A DNA stretch of 64,000 bases from Candidatus Kapaibacterium sp. (GTDB taxonomy: Bacteria > Bacteroidota > Ignavibacteria > Kapaibacteriales > UBA2268), in assembly GCA_963665665.1 (NCBI GenBank), contig OY762428.1:3904001-3968000 (forward strand), given 5' to 3'. Under the pieces are notes generated by a model. That model was not told where the DNA came from. It saw only the letters and a list, made by a program, of their open reading frames with translations, and searched no databases. A program made the position numbers and the translations under genes. Each line of letters opens with the position of its first letter. Position 1 is the first letter of the stretch. Below, one piece after another: positions 62,333 to 64,000 of the stretch.

Positions 62333-63814
62333 ATGATAGATACACACGCTCATATTAATACCGAAGCCTTTGATGAGGACAGGGAAGAAATAATCAGGGA
62401 TTCTTTCAGCGAAGGCCTGGAATATATTATTATTCCCGCCATTGAACCAAAAGAATTTCAATCGCTTTTTGATACTGCAAATATGGACCCGCGAATTTAC
62501 TGCGGAATAGGTATTCACCCGCACAATGCCAATGAAGTAAACGACGAAACTCTGCGCAGGATTGAAGAGCTTTCGGAATCAGAAAAAGTAGTTGCCATTG
62601 GCGAGATCGGATTGGATTATTTCTATGATTTCAATCCGAAAGAGCTGCAGCAGGAAGCTTTCAGGAAGCAATTGCAAATAGCAAAACGGAAAAACCTTCC
62701 CGTGATAATTCACAACAGGGAATCCGATGAGGATTTGATTCGCATTCTTGAAGAAGAGCAGAACGGTGCGCTACGGGGAGTGCTTCATTGCTTTTCCGGT
62801 GATTTGAAAATGCTTGAAAAAGCCCTTGAAATGGGCTTCCATGTATCATTTACCGGTAATATTACTTTTAAGAAAACCAAACTTGCTGAAATAGTTAAGG
62901 CTGCCCCCCTGGAAAAGATAATGATAGAAACAGATTCCCCCTACATGACTCCCGTACCATTCAGAGGTAAACGTAATAGGCCTTCCTTAGTTAAATATGT
63001 AGCAGAAAAAATTGCTGAATATAAATCAATATCAATAAATGAGGTGATTTCGATGACAAGCGAAAACGCTAAAAAATTATTCAAATTGTCTGTCTTGGCA
63101 CTTATCTTTTCTTTCTCGGCTGCTTTAGTTTACGGCCAGGAAGAAGTTGATGATGAAACAGGCTATTACGAAGACGATGAATTCCTTGATGAACAGATGG
63201 AAGAAGATAATTGGCAGCCATTCAACAAAACTCTGGGATTTGGCCCGGTAGTAGGTTTCCTGACAGTTGTTGAAACCAGGTATCTGGATTATCTGACCCC
63301 CCCTCAGGACTATGAAGAAACCCACGAAGGTATTGTGGCTTTTGGCGGAAACGTATCATACAGCCCTCTTAATTTCCTTATTCTCGATTTAACCTATTTG
63401 TGGGGAAAGGATACAAAAACTTCAGATAAATGGGACGGCCTTGTTGAGCCAAGTACATACCAGGTTATTGAACTCAGCAGCCACTGGATATCTAACCCTA
63501 ACAGCCGGATAAATATATATGCCATGGGCGGTGCTAATGTTTTCCTGACTGAAATTGGCGGACAAAATAATACAACAATTTCAGATACTCATTTTGGTGT
63601 TCATTTCGGGCTCGGTTTCATGGCCAATATCGAAACCGGATACGGCTTAATTACTCCCAAACTGGAATGGCGTGTAGACTTTGCATTCGGCAGGGGAGAG
63701 GGAAACCATATTGAACCAATTTCCGGAACCAACAATGTTGATGTGAAGCAGATTGATAATTCAATTTTCTTTTCAATTCCAAGGGTAGTTATTAATTGGT
63801 GTCCTGATATTTAA
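62333..63814 (+). CDS. tatD: TatD-family DNase fused in frame to a putative outer-membrane beta-barrel protein
   Basis: IDTHAH, GIHPH, AIGEIGLD, IHNR, LHCFSG, ETDSPY, PFRGKRN; then a hydrophobic signal-like segment and about 225 aa of amphipathic beta strands. Confidence 0.88.
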   Translation: MIDTHAHINTEAFDEDREEIIRDSFSEGLEYIIIPAIEPKEFQSLFDTANMDPRIYCGIGIHPHNANEVNDETLRRIEELSESEKVVAIGEIGLDYFYDFNPKELQQEAFRKQLQIAKRKNLPVIIHNRESDEDLIRILEEEQNGALRGVLHCFSGDLKMLEKALEMGFHVSFTGNITFKKTKLAEIVKAAPLEKIMIETDSPYMTPVPFRGKRNRPSLVKYVAEKIAEYKSISINEVISMTSENAKKLFKLSVLALIFSFSAALVYGQEEVDDETGYYEDDEFLDEQMEEDNWQPFNKTLGFGPVVGFLTVVETRYLDYLTPPQDYEETHEGIVAFGGNVSYSPLNFLILDLTYLWGKDTKTSDKWDGLVEPSTYQVIELSSHWISNPNSRINIYAMGGANVFLTEIGGQNNTTISDTHFGVHFGLGFMANIETGYGLITPKLEWRVDFAFGRGEGNHIEPISGTNNVDVKQIDNSIFFSIPRVVINWCPDI

Positions 63815-63899
63815 ACTTTTAATATCAGCTTCCCGGAAAATAATTGAACTTTTCTGACATTTTGTAGCACTGGAACATAAAACAGCTGATGATATCTAT

Positions 63900-63938
63900 A
63901 AAAAATTCATCCCGGGGAAATGCCGGGATGAATTTTTT
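63900..63938. terminator. Bidirectional intrinsic terminator
   Basis: AAAAAATTCATCCCGG-ggaaatg-CCGGGATGAATTTTTT. Confidence 0.85.
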
Positions 63939-64000
63939 ATTATTCCTCCTGATTTCAATTAAACATGTTTTTATTGTAAAAATCAATATTCTGAGTCATA

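Overview
AT-rich bacterial chromosomal window, most consistent with an FCB-group lineage such as Ignavibacteria or Ca. Kapabacteria. This is an inference from ten proteins with T9SS-like C-terminal sorting tails co-occurring with flagellar regulators flhF/flhG/fliA. The backbone is housekeeping: holA, der, dusB, tyrS, ddl, dinB, udg, guaD, dnaX, bcp, tatD. Notable parts: (1) an intact, translationally coupled gatE-gatD operon (44495-47810), although GatDE is classically archaea-specific; (2) a five-copy tandem array (about 48221-55398) of secreted beta-propeller/T9SS genes whose variable blocks are combinatorially shuffled (AAAA, BAAA, BBBB, AAAA, AABB); (3) an accessory region (about 33-42.6 kb) with Fic, KilA-N, an orphan HlyD plus cNMP-cNMP-C39-ABC exporter and a probably inactive signal peptidase, with two direct-repeat insertion scars; (4) a TatD nuclease running in frame into a signal-peptide-bearing outer-membrane-like protein with its own internal RBS/ATG; (5) several REP/MITE-like palindromes. 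No rRNA, tRNA, CRISPR array, integrase or transposase was recognised. All calls come from motif recognition by eye; no searches were run.
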